Below the pieces are notes generated by a model. That model was not told the origin of the DNA and ran no database searches. It worked only from the letters and a program-made list of their open reading frames with translations. This document shows positions 26,994-36,394 of a stretch of DNA of 64,000 nt, piece by piece. Source of the stretch: an uncultured Desulfatiglans sp. (GTDB taxonomy: Bacteria > Desulfobacterota > DSM-4660 > Desulfatiglandales > HGW-15); contig CAZCMD010000001.1 of NCBI GenBank assembly GCA_964499695.1, forward strand, positions 13,872 to 77,871. The letters are read 5' to 3'. Within the stretch, counting starts at the first letter, position 1. The number at the start of each line of letters is the position of its first letter. Position numbers and translations under genes: made by a program.

Positions 26994-27752
26994 CTAGCCG
27001 AACAGAGAGAGTACACCCTGTGAAGACATATTAGCCTGGGCAAGCATTGCAGTACCTGCCTGCAGTAGTATCTGGCTCTTTGTAAAGCTTGACATCTCAG
27101 CCGCCATATCAACATCCCTGATTACAGATTCAGCCGCAGTCTTGTTTTCAATGGTTGTTGCAAGGTTAGCTGCTGCATAAGAAAGCCTGTTCTGTGCAGC
27201 GCCGAGGCTGGCACGGGAATCACTTAATGTACCAGCAGCGGCTGTAACTAGCTCAATATCAGCGGCACCCAAACTTGTTGCACTAAGACCATCAAGACCC
27301 AAATCGGCTGAACTTACGGCGGACGCAGTATAACTTATCTGGCTAAAGGTTGTAGCATCTGCACCAACCTGAATGGTTCCGCTAAGTGATATACTATTCC
27401 CGATTCTGTCTATTTCAGAGAGAAGCTCCTGTGCTTCATCAGCGGCAGTACTACCACCCTGTGTGGCAAGTTCGCCAAGCCTGCTAAGGATATTTGCTAT
27501 CTGGTCATAGGCACCTTCAGCTACCTGAATACCGGCATTTGCCTGTTCAACGTTTCTTGCTGCCTGGGTCAGAGAGGCGATTTCAACCCTTGCTGCTGTA
27601 GAAATTGCCAGACCTGTTGCATCATCAGATGCTTTATTGATTCTGTAACCAGATGACAGCCTTTCCAGTGATTTAGCCATCATATTGCTGGAAATGGTTA
27701 AATTTTTGTGTGCGTTCAATGCCTCGATGTTGTGTTGTATTCTTAATCCCAT
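26994..27752 (-). CDS. fliC: flagellin (short, 252 aa)
   Basis: N-terminal LRIQHNIEALNAHKNL...LSSGYRINKASDDATGLAIS. C-terminal AESVIRDVDMAAEMSSFTKSQILLQAGTAMLAQAN. GGAGG RBS. Confidence 0.95.
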   Translation of the reverse strand: MGLRIQHNIEALNAHKNLTISSNMMAKSLERLSSGYRINKASDDATGLAISTAARVEIASLTQAARNVEQANAGIQVAEGAYDQIANILSRLGELATQGGSTAADEAQELLSEIDRIGNSISLSGTIQVGADATTFSQISYTASAVSSADLGLDGLSATSLGAADIELVTAAAGTLSDSRASLGAAQNRLSYAAANLATTIENKTAAESVIRDVDMAAEMSSFTKSQILLQAGTAMLAQANMSSQGVLSLFG

Positions 27753-27817
27753 AGTTTTAATCCTCCATGATTAAAAAAGTTTTTATTTTCGGTTATTAAA
27801 TAACCGGTGTAAATGTT

Positions 27818-27829
27818 GGCATCCTTGCC
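27818..27829 (-). promoter_or_regulatory. candidate CsrA-binding hairpin in the fliC 5' leader
   Basis: Reverse strand reads GGCA-AGGA-TGCC, with the GGA in a 4-nt loop. A second GGA motif overlaps the SD (CATGGAGGA). Confidence 0.3.
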
Positions 27830-27898
27830 TTTGGGTTTTGTGGGATATTACAGTTTTTTTCACCTGCCTTTCATCCACTTACCCTGTGTTTGAAATTA

Positions 27899-27926
27899 TT
27901 ATCGGGATAGGCTTGAATAAACTTTA
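27899..27926 (-). promoter_or_regulatory. sigma28 (FliA)-type promoter of fliC
   Basis: Reverse strand reads TAAAGTTT-N12-CCCGATAA, about 145 nt upstream of the fliC ATG. Confidence 0.7.
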
Positions 27927-28061
27927 AATATTTTTTAGAGAGAGATGAAAAAAATGATAGGAGGGTAGGTCAGATTATTTGGAGTGATTTTTTTTTGTTA
28001 ATGTTTTAATGCCCAATATAAGGCAAAGTGGAAAAAAATAAAATAAATTAATGGGTTATCG

Positions 28062-29948
28062 TCAGACTGCAGGGGATATACATGATTCAAGTTTGTTGAT
28101 AATATTGTTAATCTTAGATGAACCATCAATACCGCTATTATTAATTGAATTCCCTATTTCGATAAAAATATTTTTTAGATCGTTAAAATTATCAATTGTC
28201 CTGTCCCTGTCAAGACCGAGGATTTCCAGTATTTTATCACAATATTTAACATGTGATTCAATATCACCTGATTTAAGTTTTATTTCACACATTGTAAGAA
28301 GATTTGACAAATCATTACCCTTGATGGCAAGTGCCTTTTCCAGAAAAATCTGTGCATCTTCATATTTCCCTATTGAAAAAGTTATCTCAGCCAGGATACT
28401 CCATGCTTCAGGGCTGTCGGGTCTAGATTCTGCAGCCTTCATAAAACATTGCAGGGCATATTCCAGTTTTCCTGAAGCTAAATAATAATTACCTAGTTTC
28501 AGAAGATCAGAATATGAGGAGCCATTTATATTTTTTGATGATCTTAATATTTCATATGCCTTACCATAATTCTCCTTCCCGAGGTATAATGAAAAAAGAC
28601 GATTTATAACCGTTTCACCTGTCCCCCCTGTTTCAACTACTCTTTCAAGTGCTCTAATTTCATCATCTGTGGAACCGCATTTCTTACTGTACTCAGCCAG
28701 CATATAGTTTGCGCCATACTCTTCCGGAACTTCTTTTAATGTCAGATCAAGATACTCCTTTGCGCAATCCATATCACCTGATTCATCTATATGATAAACA
28801 ACTATACCCCATAATGTCTTCCATCTGGTTTCAGACATGTTGCAGGCCTTTTTATAGTATTCCCGCATCTGGGAAAAATTATTTGTTGCATGGTATGCAT
28901 GGCCTATTAATACTTCTATGGCAGGCCCTTCATTCATCTGAATATGAGGTGATAAAGCTTCTTCCGGGCTGTTTTTTAAAAAAAGTTCCATATGGTAAAG
29001 AAATAATTTTCCAAAATTAATTACATTATGCCATTCACCCATAACTCTCGCAACAAATGTTAGTATATAATATGAGTCCATATGACCGGGATATCTTTCG
29101 AGAGCCTCATATGCATATTTTTTCGCTTGCTCATATTGTTTCAGTGAAAAAAATGCAGATGATATAATAAAATAAGTCCATGAGAAAATCGGATTTTTTA
29201 AATGGTGAGGTTTCAATAGATTGATACTTTTTTTAGCTTCTTCTATTGCTTCCTCAAATCTTTTACTTGAAAGGTATGATGCGCTAAGATAATGTCTGTT
29301 AAGAGGATTATCAGGATCATTTTCAATTTCTTTTTCTAAGAGCATTGTTGTCCTTAAAAATTTTTGCTCAGCCTTTATTTCGTCAAGGTCATAACCATAG
29401 TGCCATAGTTCAATGTCAGAATAGAATGATTTGGTGACTCCGAATATTATTTCATGAATGTCCCGCTCATAATGAATTTTTCGATTATTCCTGAACAACC
29501 TACCAACATTATGAATTGACTTCGATTTTCCTTTCATGCTTGGTGAATTGATTTTTACTAAAATCAAATCTGCATCTTTTGCTTTTTTAATTGCCGGTAG
29601 TATTTTTTCACCACTTCCCTTCATAAGCTCTTCATCGGCATCTACCTGGAATATCCAGTCACCTGTAGCATATTCAAAATAATGGTTTCTTGCCTCGCTG
29701 AAACTGTCCTGCCATGGATGAAGGTAGACCTTGTCAGTATATTTTTTGGCTATGTTAAGAGAATTGTCCTGCGAACCGGTATCTATGATGATTATTTCAT
29801 GCGCAATATCTTTTACACTTTTGAGACAGTTTTCCAGAAACCGCTCTTCATCCTTCACAATAAGACACACTGAGATGGCGGGCCTCTGATTTGATATTTC
29901 TCTCCTTGCCTTAACCTTATTCGATATTTTTTTATTTTTTTTTGTCAT
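28062..29948 (-). CDS. GT2 glycosyltransferase fused to C-terminal TPR repeats (GmaR-like; candidate protein/flagellin glycosyltransferase)
   Basis: N-terminal ISVCLIVKDEERFL...IIIIDTGSQDNS...WQDSFSEARN...QVDADEEL (GT-A, DxD). The C-terminal ~400 aa are repeated TPR-like helices. It is the gene immediately adjacent to fliC. Confidence 0.8.
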   Translation of the reverse strand: MTKKNKKISNKVKARREISNQRPAISVCLIVKDEERFLENCLKSVKDIAHEIIIIDTGSQDNSLNIAKKYTDKVYLHPWQDSFSEARNHYFEYATGDWIFQVDADEELMKGSGEKILPAIKKAKDADLILVKINSPSMKGKSKSIHNVGRLFRNNRKIHYERDIHEIIFGVTKSFYSDIELWHYGYDLDEIKAEQKFLRTTMLLEKEIENDPDNPLNRHYLSASYLSSKRFEEAIEEAKKSINLLKPHHLKNPIFSWTYFIISSAFFSLKQYEQAKKYAYEALERYPGHMDSYYILTFVARVMGEWHNVINFGKLFLYHMELFLKNSPEEALSPHIQMNEGPAIEVLIGHAYHATNNFSQMREYYKKACNMSETRWKTLWGIVVYHIDESGDMDCAKEYLDLTLKEVPEEYGANYMLAEYSKKCGSTDDEIRALERVVETGGTGETVINRLFSLYLGKENYGKAYEILRSSKNINGSSYSDLLKLGNYYLASGKLEYALQCFMKAAESRPDSPEAWSILAEITFSIGKYEDAQIFLEKALAIKGNDLSNLLTMCEIKLKSGDIESHVKYCDKILEILGLDRDRTIDNFNDLKNIFIEIGNSINNSGIDGSSKINNIINKLESCISPAV

Positions 29949-30085
29949 TTTTTTATGGTTTTAAGAGGCTGCTTTTAAGCTAAATCTCATTGATTATTCC
30001 ATAATCAAAAACATCAATGACATCTCTATCTATGGATTAATAATGGGTTCTCTTCAAAAGAATCAAGTTATTCGAATCATATCTG

Positions 30086-30829
30086 TTAACTACTGATTTG
30101 CCTTGTACAAAAATAAATTTCGCCTGATGCTGGTGTTAATCCCATTTTGATAGCATCATTATAATTAACAAGATCGCCTGATTTTATGACTTTTACAGTA
30201 AATCCTGAACCACGAAGTCGGTCTGCGTAATCCGGGCCGTAACGTCTAACATGATCATCCTGACCAAATGCCTTTAATCGTTCTTCAGGAGCAATTATTG
30301 ATGCATCTTCGAATGTTTTTTTACTGGTAATCGGAACATTCAGTACAGCCCATCCGTTTGTTTTAAGAACTCGAAAGAGTTCTTTCATTGCCTTTTTATC
30401 ATCTAGGATATGTTCCAATACATGGCTGCAGTAAATTATATCAAATGATCTGTCAGGATATTTAATATCACAAATATCCATTTTAACCATGGCTCTGGGA
30501 TTAAATAGATCCGCAGTCAGGTAATCATTCCCTAAGCGTTCTTTTAGTATTGATATAAAACAAAACTCTGGCGCTATGTGAAGCATTTTTTTTGATTTTC
30601 CATCAAAAATATCAGTATTGTTTTGAAAGAACAACCATGCAAGGCGATGGCGTTCAAGAGCGCCACAGTTAGGACATTGTGCATCTTTACGCGGTACTAT
30701 CCCAAATGGCTTAAAATATTGTGATGACTCACCGCACACCGGGCAGTATTTCTCATTATCGCCAGTTAACCCTTCTGTTGTTCCAAGTGATTTGATTTCA
30801 CATTTTTTACTATAAGAACGATTACCCAT
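30086..30829 (-). CDS. class I SAM-dependent methyltransferase with an N-terminal zinc ribbon
   Basis: CPVCG...CPNCG, then MLHIAPE and IIYCSHVLEHILDDKKAMKELFRVLKTNGWAV (Methyltransf_11-like). Confidence 0.75.
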   Translation of the reverse strand: MGNRSYSKKCEIKSLGTTEGLTGDNEKYCPVCGESSQYFKPFGIVPRKDAQCPNCGALERHRLAWLFFQNNTDIFDGKSKKMLHIAPEFCFISILKERLGNDYLTADLFNPRAMVKMDICDIKYPDRSFDIIYCSHVLEHILDDKKAMKELFRVLKTNGWAVLNVPITSKKTFEDASIIAPEERLKAFGQDDHVRRYGPDYADRLRGSGFTVKVIKSGDLVNYNDAIKMGLTPASGEIYFCTRQISS

Positions 30830-30951
30830 TATATGCTCTCCTTTAGTGATGCTTAGAAATAATGAAAGCCTTTTTCTGATGCTACAAGCTTGAATCTAAA
30901 ATTAGTTTTCTTTAACTTAAATACATTAGACATCCTATTTTTTAACGGTGC

Positions 30952-31290
30952 TTACCGGGTAAATATTTTAAAACCAAGAAATATTAGATTTTTATTAATT
31001 TCAGCATGGTAAGGCTCTGAAGTCGATATAAGAACCAGAGCTTCTTTTCTGTGTTGCTTAAATCTCTCTATTGAGAGAATTGGCACATCTAATAGTTTGT
31101 TTACACGAATCCTGTTATCTTTTAGAGAATACTGATCCAATATGGCAGGAGAGTTATCAATTGATCCATCATTAACACATATAATTTCGATATCTTGCAT
31201 TGGTTGTGCGAGCACGCTGTCAAGGCATTGATATATATATTTTTCTGCATTGTATACGGGTATTACAACGCTAACTTTTGGATTGTTCAT
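30952..31290 (-). pseudogene. truncated duplicate of the N-terminus of the downstream-facing GT2 gene (remnant)
   Basis: The first ~63 aa (MNNPKVSVVIPVYNAEKYIYQCLDSV...VNDGSIDNSPAILDQYS) parallel 31316-32677 (MNNPKISVVIPVYNGEKYLCQCLDSV...). About 155 nt are ~80% identical by eye (31131-31290 vs 32517-32677). The DxD region and everything after it are missing. Confidence 0.55.
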
Positions 31291-31315
31291 ATTCTATTTT
31301 TCCCCATATTTGTAA

Positions 31316-32677
31316 TTATCCCTTGATCCAGATATTTAATTCATTATCACGCCAGACAATTTTGTTTCGTGGAATACCATTGTTCTGGAGAAACTTATGT
31401 ACATCCTTAATAATACCTTTATCTGCAATTGTAATAACAATGTAATCGATGTTGTGTTTAATAATTTCAGTTGGGCTGCTTATTTCATGGGTTTCATCGG
31501 ATAATCGTTTGTAATTTTTATCTACCCAGATACATGGCTTACCATAACCCATTTCATTCATTACAGAAACAGCAATTTTGCCAAAACCACCAGCACCATA
31601 TATCGCAATTTTAGAATCCTTTTTGAGTAAATCGAGAGGAAACTGCTGCTCATAGTAGGCTTTTTGAAGAATGAAAATCTTTTGATTTTCTGATTTTGAA
31701 TCTTTCAGTAATAATGGATATGTACCAGCTAAATTTTTCTGATAATAGTTATTCCAGCGTTCTGTTTGGATGATTTTGATGAAATCTGATGAATCAATTT
31801 CATCAATGAAACGTTGGGTTTCAAATCTTATATTTTCCCAATTGTGACCTGATTCTCTGGAACGGTTGTACCAATAAAACATTTCTTTCAGTTCAATTCC
31901 GAGAATCAAATAACGCAATGAATGAGGTAAAAAATGTGTCCTTTCATCTAAAAGCCGGTACACCTCAAACAAGCATTCGAAATGATTCAAACAACCGCTA
32001 AAAAGCGATGTGGGGATATTTTTACGATACATAAGAACATAGTTATCTGAAAAGACTACTCTGGCTGCTTTCATAAGAACCAAATAATAAAATGTGTGAT
32101 CCTCGAAAGTATGCATAAAATCAAATTGTATTTTATTGTTTTGAATAAATGATAGTTTATATAAGCCATTCCATGGGGGGTAGCAAATACCATCGGGTGT
32201 AAAAGCCTCTGGATAATTTACAAAATTTATCACTTTGCCAAAGTATTCTTTGGGAATTTGAGATAAATTGTACGCAGTTTCATGTAAATTTTCTCCAGTT
32301 ATGGTATCCATTGTATGTACACGAAATTTTAAAATGTCTGCATCATATCTTTTAGCCTCTTCATAAACTGCTTCGTAGGCGTTATCTACGAGAAAATCAT
32401 CAGAGTCCAGAAAGTGGATATATTCGCCAGTGGCTATCTTCATTCCATTGTTACGGGCTGGCCCAAGATGCTGATTGTTTTGATGAATGACTTTTATTTG
32501 TTTATATTTTCGAGAGTACTCATCCAATATGGCTGGAGAATTATCAGTAGAGCCGTCATTAACACCGATTATCTCTATGCCTTTCATTGGTTGCATAATG
32601 ACACTATCTAGGCATTGACAAAGGTATTTTTCTCCGTTGTATACGGGTATCACAACGCTAATCTTTGGGTTATTCAT
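31316..32677 (-). CDS. GT2 glycosyltransferase with a C-terminal GxGxxG Rossmann-like module
   Basis: VVIPVYNGEKYL...NDGSTDNS...FLDSDDF. The C-terminal ~115 aa (KIAIYGAGGFGK...ISSP...IVWRD) are shared with 32702-33934. Confidence 0.8.
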   Translation of the reverse strand: MNNPKISVVIPVYNGEKYLCQCLDSVIMQPMKGIEIIGVNDGSTDNSPAILDEYSRKYKQIKVIHQNNQHLGPARNNGMKIATGEYIHFLDSDDFLVDNAYEAVYEEAKRYDADILKFRVHTMDTITGENLHETAYNLSQIPKEYFGKVINFVNYPEAFTPDGICYPPWNGLYKLSFIQNNKIQFDFMHTFEDHTFYYLVLMKAARVVFSDNYVLMYRKNIPTSLFSGCLNHFECLFEVYRLLDERTHFLPHSLRYLILGIELKEMFYWYNRSRESGHNWENIRFETQRFIDEIDSSDFIKIIQTERWNNYYQKNLAGTYPLLLKDSKSENQKIFILQKAYYEQQFPLDLLKKDSKIAIYGAGGFGKIAVSVMNEMGYGKPCIWVDKNYKRLSDETHEISSPTEIIKHNIDYIVITIADKGIIKDVHKFLQNNGIPRNKIVWRDNELNIWIKG

Positions 32678-32701
32678 AATCTACCTATTTCTTTTAAAAA
32701 A

Positions 32702-33934
32702 TTATTCTCTGATCCAAGCATTAGAATCGATATCACGCCATACAAGCTTATTAAATGGAACACCAATGTTCGTGAGGAACTCACGCACCTCTTTAATAAT
32801 ATTTTTATCTTCAATTGCAATAATAATAAAATCAAATTTATATTTTTCTATTAGATCTGGGCTGCTTATTTGATACCCATCAACAAATATACTTTTAAAA
32901 TTTCTGTCTGCCCAAACACAAGGTTTTCCATAACCTACTTTATACATTGCTGAAACAGTTCTTTTACCAAAAGCGCCAGCGCCATAAATTGCTATCTTAT
33001 TCTCCTTTTTAACTATACTGATAGGGAACTGCATCTCCCAGTAAAGTTTTTGACGAAGGAAAAATTGATCATTTACTTCTTTTGACTTTTCCGTTGATAG
33101 TTGACGAATACCAGCCAACCGCTTCATATAATAATGGTTCAAAGGGTTTCTTTGGATACTCTTATTGAAATCAGATATATTTATTTTACTTAAGGAATTT
33201 TTTATAATATCAAACTCCACATGATCCTGTACTTTTATATTATATTGTTCTTTTATTTGTTCCCAAATTTTTTTTCTTATCGGGGTTTCTTGAAGAAGAT
33301 CAATTTCTCGCTGACCTCCTTTCAATAAATTATGTGGATTAATACACGATATTGCATCAATTACTGCTACTTTTCCCTTAATATTTGGCCCTAAAACATT
33401 TAAAAACCAGTAATCAACCCCCCATCCTATTAAGACTGGATCATATACTTCCATGAATGCATCAAGCTTATCCTTCCGAAATAATGGACATGTAACCTCA
33501 ACAAAATTTGTATATCTCAAAAAGGTAAATGGGTTTGCCTTTGTTATAGGATGGCTGATTTTGCCTATGGGATCAAAGCTTGGTTGAAGCAACCACAGAT
33601 CATATTGTTCAAGAATTTTAAATAAATTACTAATACTGGCACTATCTATAATAATATCGTCATCAATTACTAAAATTCCTTTATAATGATTTAGAATATT
33701 TTTCCAGTGTTGGTAAACATAGTGTAGATTAGGAAATTTGCCCCCTTTTCTAGAAATGTAAAAATCGGTAATATCTTTATATCGGTTTTTCTCATCCCCA
33801 TAATAACATACCCATAAGTCAAAGCTTCGAGGTCCTTGTATCCAACGATATATTTGGGCATTATCTCCTGCCGAGGTAAAAACCAAAAACTTGTAATTGG
33901 GACTATCAATATTTTTAATCAGTAAGTTTGTCAT
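32702..33934 (-). CDS. DUF707-like putative glycosyltransferase with the same C-terminal GxGxxG module
   Basis: FTSAGD...FDLWVCYYG...VIDDDIII...LLQPSFDP...FVEVTCPLFRKD...GWGVDYW aligns by eye with plant and bacterial DUF707. C-terminal KIAIYGAGAFGK...ISSP...LVWRD. Confidence 0.6.
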   Translation of the reverse strand: MTNLLIKNIDSPNYKFLVFTSAGDNAQIYRWIQGPRSFDLWVCYYGDEKNRYKDITDFYISRKGGKFPNLHYVYQHWKNILNHYKGILVIDDDIIIDSASISNLFKILEQYDLWLLQPSFDPIGKISHPITKANPFTFLRYTNFVEVTCPLFRKDKLDAFMEVYDPVLIGWGVDYWFLNVLGPNIKGKVAVIDAISCINPHNLLKGGQREIDLLQETPIRKKIWEQIKEQYNIKVQDHVEFDIIKNSLSKINISDFNKSIQRNPLNHYYMKRLAGIRQLSTEKSKEVNDQFFLRQKLYWEMQFPISIVKKENKIAIYGAGAFGKRTVSAMYKVGYGKPCVWADRNFKSIFVDGYQISSPDLIEKYKFDFIIIAIEDKNIIKEVREFLTNIGVPFNKLVWRDIDSNAWIRE

Positions 33935-34123
33935 GTTATCTTTTTTTCATAATGATTCAGATAATTGTAAGTTTTTAAGTTTAATTTTTAAGTAATAGAC
34001 TTTTTTTGATAGTAAATTATTTTTTTGTTAGGTGTTTTTCACCGAGATAGGTACAGTATACTGAGTGAGATAGAAGCTAAGCATTATATAAGGAACAGTA
34101 ACTATACTTTAATCAAGAACATC

Positions 34124-35401
34124 TTAATATCCGCTAAATAGTTTGTACCAAATCAGGTCAGCTATATTCCAGATTGCTGTCTCATCCAGACATCCATTAT
34201 CGTTGCATACTTCATCCGGAAAGATTGTGATAGCCTTGGGAAGGAATTTTGTGAGTTCGTCATATTGTTTTTTTAATATTTTTTCTCTGTGTGCCTCCAG
34301 TAAGCGGACAATAACTTGTTTATCAATCTTGAGTTTGCATAAATCGTTTTGAATGATAGCTTTATCAACATCAAGTAGATCCAAAAATGTATAGTTGTAT
34401 CTTTTTCTGCTATCCATCTTACAATCGGCATCTTTAAATAAAAAGGTCGATACTATTTTTCTTAAAGTGTCGCTGCCGCAAACGCAAACATTCAACCCGT
34501 TTGGATTTACCCAATTCGGAAAGTATTCCTTCATAACTAAAAAGAGGGATTGCTTAAGTGATTTTATATATTGTTTCTGACCGGACATAGCAATATCATC
34601 CATCCTTTTAATTGCAAAGCGTAACTGACTAAATGCCATCTTTTCTATATACATAGAATAAGCATCAAAAAGTTTGAGCCTTTTAAAATTTTCTACCATG
34701 TTTCTGATTGAATCTGGAATACTACCAAGTGCAGACAAATAGTTAATCGTGCTGTCCTTGCGGTTTCTGAAATAAAAATACATGGGCCGGTTTACACGGC
34801 AAACAGACCGGGAAAAAGCTACTAAAGCTGACGTTACCGGAAAATCTTCATATTTTTGCTTTGACTGTTTAAGACCACTTTTAATGTAAAGAGAACGGCG
34901 AAATACTTTTCCCCAAAGGAAAGCCCTCATACGGTTTATTGAATCCGGAAATTCTATTGGTATGATTTTTTTATATTCGGGTAATCTTATTTGTGAAATT
35001 GACTGTTTTTGATTATGGTTGTTTTCTTCGATGTAATATATGTCACAAACAGCAATATCCGCATTTAATTTGCTTATTGTTTTAATCATTTCCTCACAAT
35101 AATCTGTTGACCACCAGTCATCAGCATCTAAAAAAGTGATGTATTTTCCCTTCGCAAGTTTTACTCCAATATCCCTTGCGGGGCCCTGGCCTTCGTTGTC
35201 TTTATAGATATATTGAATTTTTTTTGAATTAGTTGATGTAAATTTTTTGCAAATTTCGCCGGAACTATCCGTTGATCCATCATCTATCAAAAATAACTCA
35301 TAATCTTGGAATGTCTGGGATGCAACAGAATTAAGGCATCTTTCAATATATGATTCAACATTGTAAACGGGAAGAATAATGCTTAAGATAGGGTGATTCA
35401 T
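34124..35401 (-). CDS. GT2 glycosyltransferase
   Basis: LSIILPVYNVESYIERCL...IDDGSTDSS...FLDADDWW. The ATG at 35401 is preferred over the TTG at 35410. Confidence 0.8.
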   Translation of the reverse strand: MNHPILSIILPVYNVESYIERCLNSVASQTFQDYELFLIDDGSTDSSGEICKKFTSTNSKKIQYIYKDNEGQGPARDIGVKLAKGKYITFLDADDWWSTDYCEEMIKTISKLNADIAVCDIYYIEENNHNQKQSISQIRLPEYKKIIPIEFPDSINRMRAFLWGKVFRRSLYIKSGLKQSKQKYEDFPVTSALVAFSRSVCRVNRPMYFYFRNRKDSTINYLSALGSIPDSIRNMVENFKRLKLFDAYSMYIEKMAFSQLRFAIKRMDDIAMSGQKQYIKSLKQSLFLVMKEYFPNWVNPNGLNVCVCGSDTLRKIVSTFLFKDADCKMDSRKRYNYTFLDLLDVDKAIIQNDLCKLKIDKQVIVRLLEAHREKILKKQYDELTKFLPKAITIFPDEVCNDNGCLDETAIWNIADLIWYKLFSGY

Positions 35402-35566
35402 ATTAATCAATCTATTTTATGAGATAATCTCATCGGAAAACATATAAGCTTTCATTAAAAAGTTTGCGTTTATTCTTGTCTAGTGGGAAAAATATTATTA
35501 AAAACAATTGATATCGATGGTCCCTTGATATCCTTTATTGTGGACATACTTAATTGCTGTTATGTT

Positions 35567-36229
35567 TTATTTTATTGCATTTACATAAAGTGTGCCTAGC
35601 TTTCGATCTATACTATCCAATTCATCATCGAATTCACGACGCTGGATTTTTTTGAAGCCTGAATTGCACAAAGCCCGAGAGAGTGTTTTGAAATCATATG
35701 CAAATTTATGTTGATCACCTTGGCGAAAATGATAGTTGATATGTTCAATTTCTGTTTGGCACCATTCTGGATGCCACCTTTCTTTCGCAATTTTATAGTA
35801 ACCATCAGATTTGTTTGTATTGTACTCTATAATAGGCCACTCTGTGTCTGGCACGCCAACGCTGAATAGCCCCCCGTTCTCAAGGACTCGATAACATTCT
35901 CTAAGAAATGAATTAGCGACCTTTGGATAGTCAAGATGCTCTAGAAAGTGCTCTGAATATACTATAGAACAAGAATTATCAGAAAAAGGGAGAGGTTCTC
36001 TCATGTCAAGTGCAATTTCCGCTTTTGAAGATAGATCAATGTTTATCCAATCTTTTTTAATTTTAGGACCACACCCAATATTTAGTTTCAGATGCATCTG
36101 ATTGGAAATTTTACGAGCCTTTCGAACTCCTTTTCTATGGTTACGGAGTGTATCAAATTCGAGCTTTAAAATTTTAAGCGATGATATAAAACCATGAGTC
36201 GTATATTTTTCTAACAATTTCATGATCAT
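35567..36229 (-). CDS. class I SAM-dependent methyltransferase
   Basis: LNIGCGPK...VYSEHFLEHLDYP...LENGGLFSVGVPD. Confidence 0.7.
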   Translation of the reverse strand: MIMKLLEKYTTHGFISSLKILKLEFDTLRNHRKGVRKARKISNQMHLKLNIGCGPKIKKDWINIDLSSKAEIALDMREPLPFSDNSCSIVYSEHFLEHLDYPKVANSFLRECYRVLENGGLFSVGVPDTEWPIIEYNTNKSDGYYKIAKERWHPEWCQTEIEHINYHFRQGDQHKFAYDFKTLSRALCNSGFKKIQRREFDDELDSIDRKLGTLYVNAIK

Positions 36230-36394
36230 TTTTTAATCCTTCATAGTTATAGGGTGGCAAAGCAAAATATTAAGCAGAAAATGTTTAGATTGCTACTTTA
36301 CATATAAACTGGGTGGTAAATTAATTGAAGCAAAAGTAAACTTGGCATGGATGTCCAAATAAGGTAAAGAGTTACTGTGTGGGAGATATAACAA

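Noticed and set aside
27817-27829. TGGCATCCTTGCC as a sigma54 promoter near fliC
   Set aside because: The GG-to-GC spacing is 3 nt too short and the orientation points away from any gene. The same bases are better explained as the GGA-loop hairpin of the fliC leader on the other strand.
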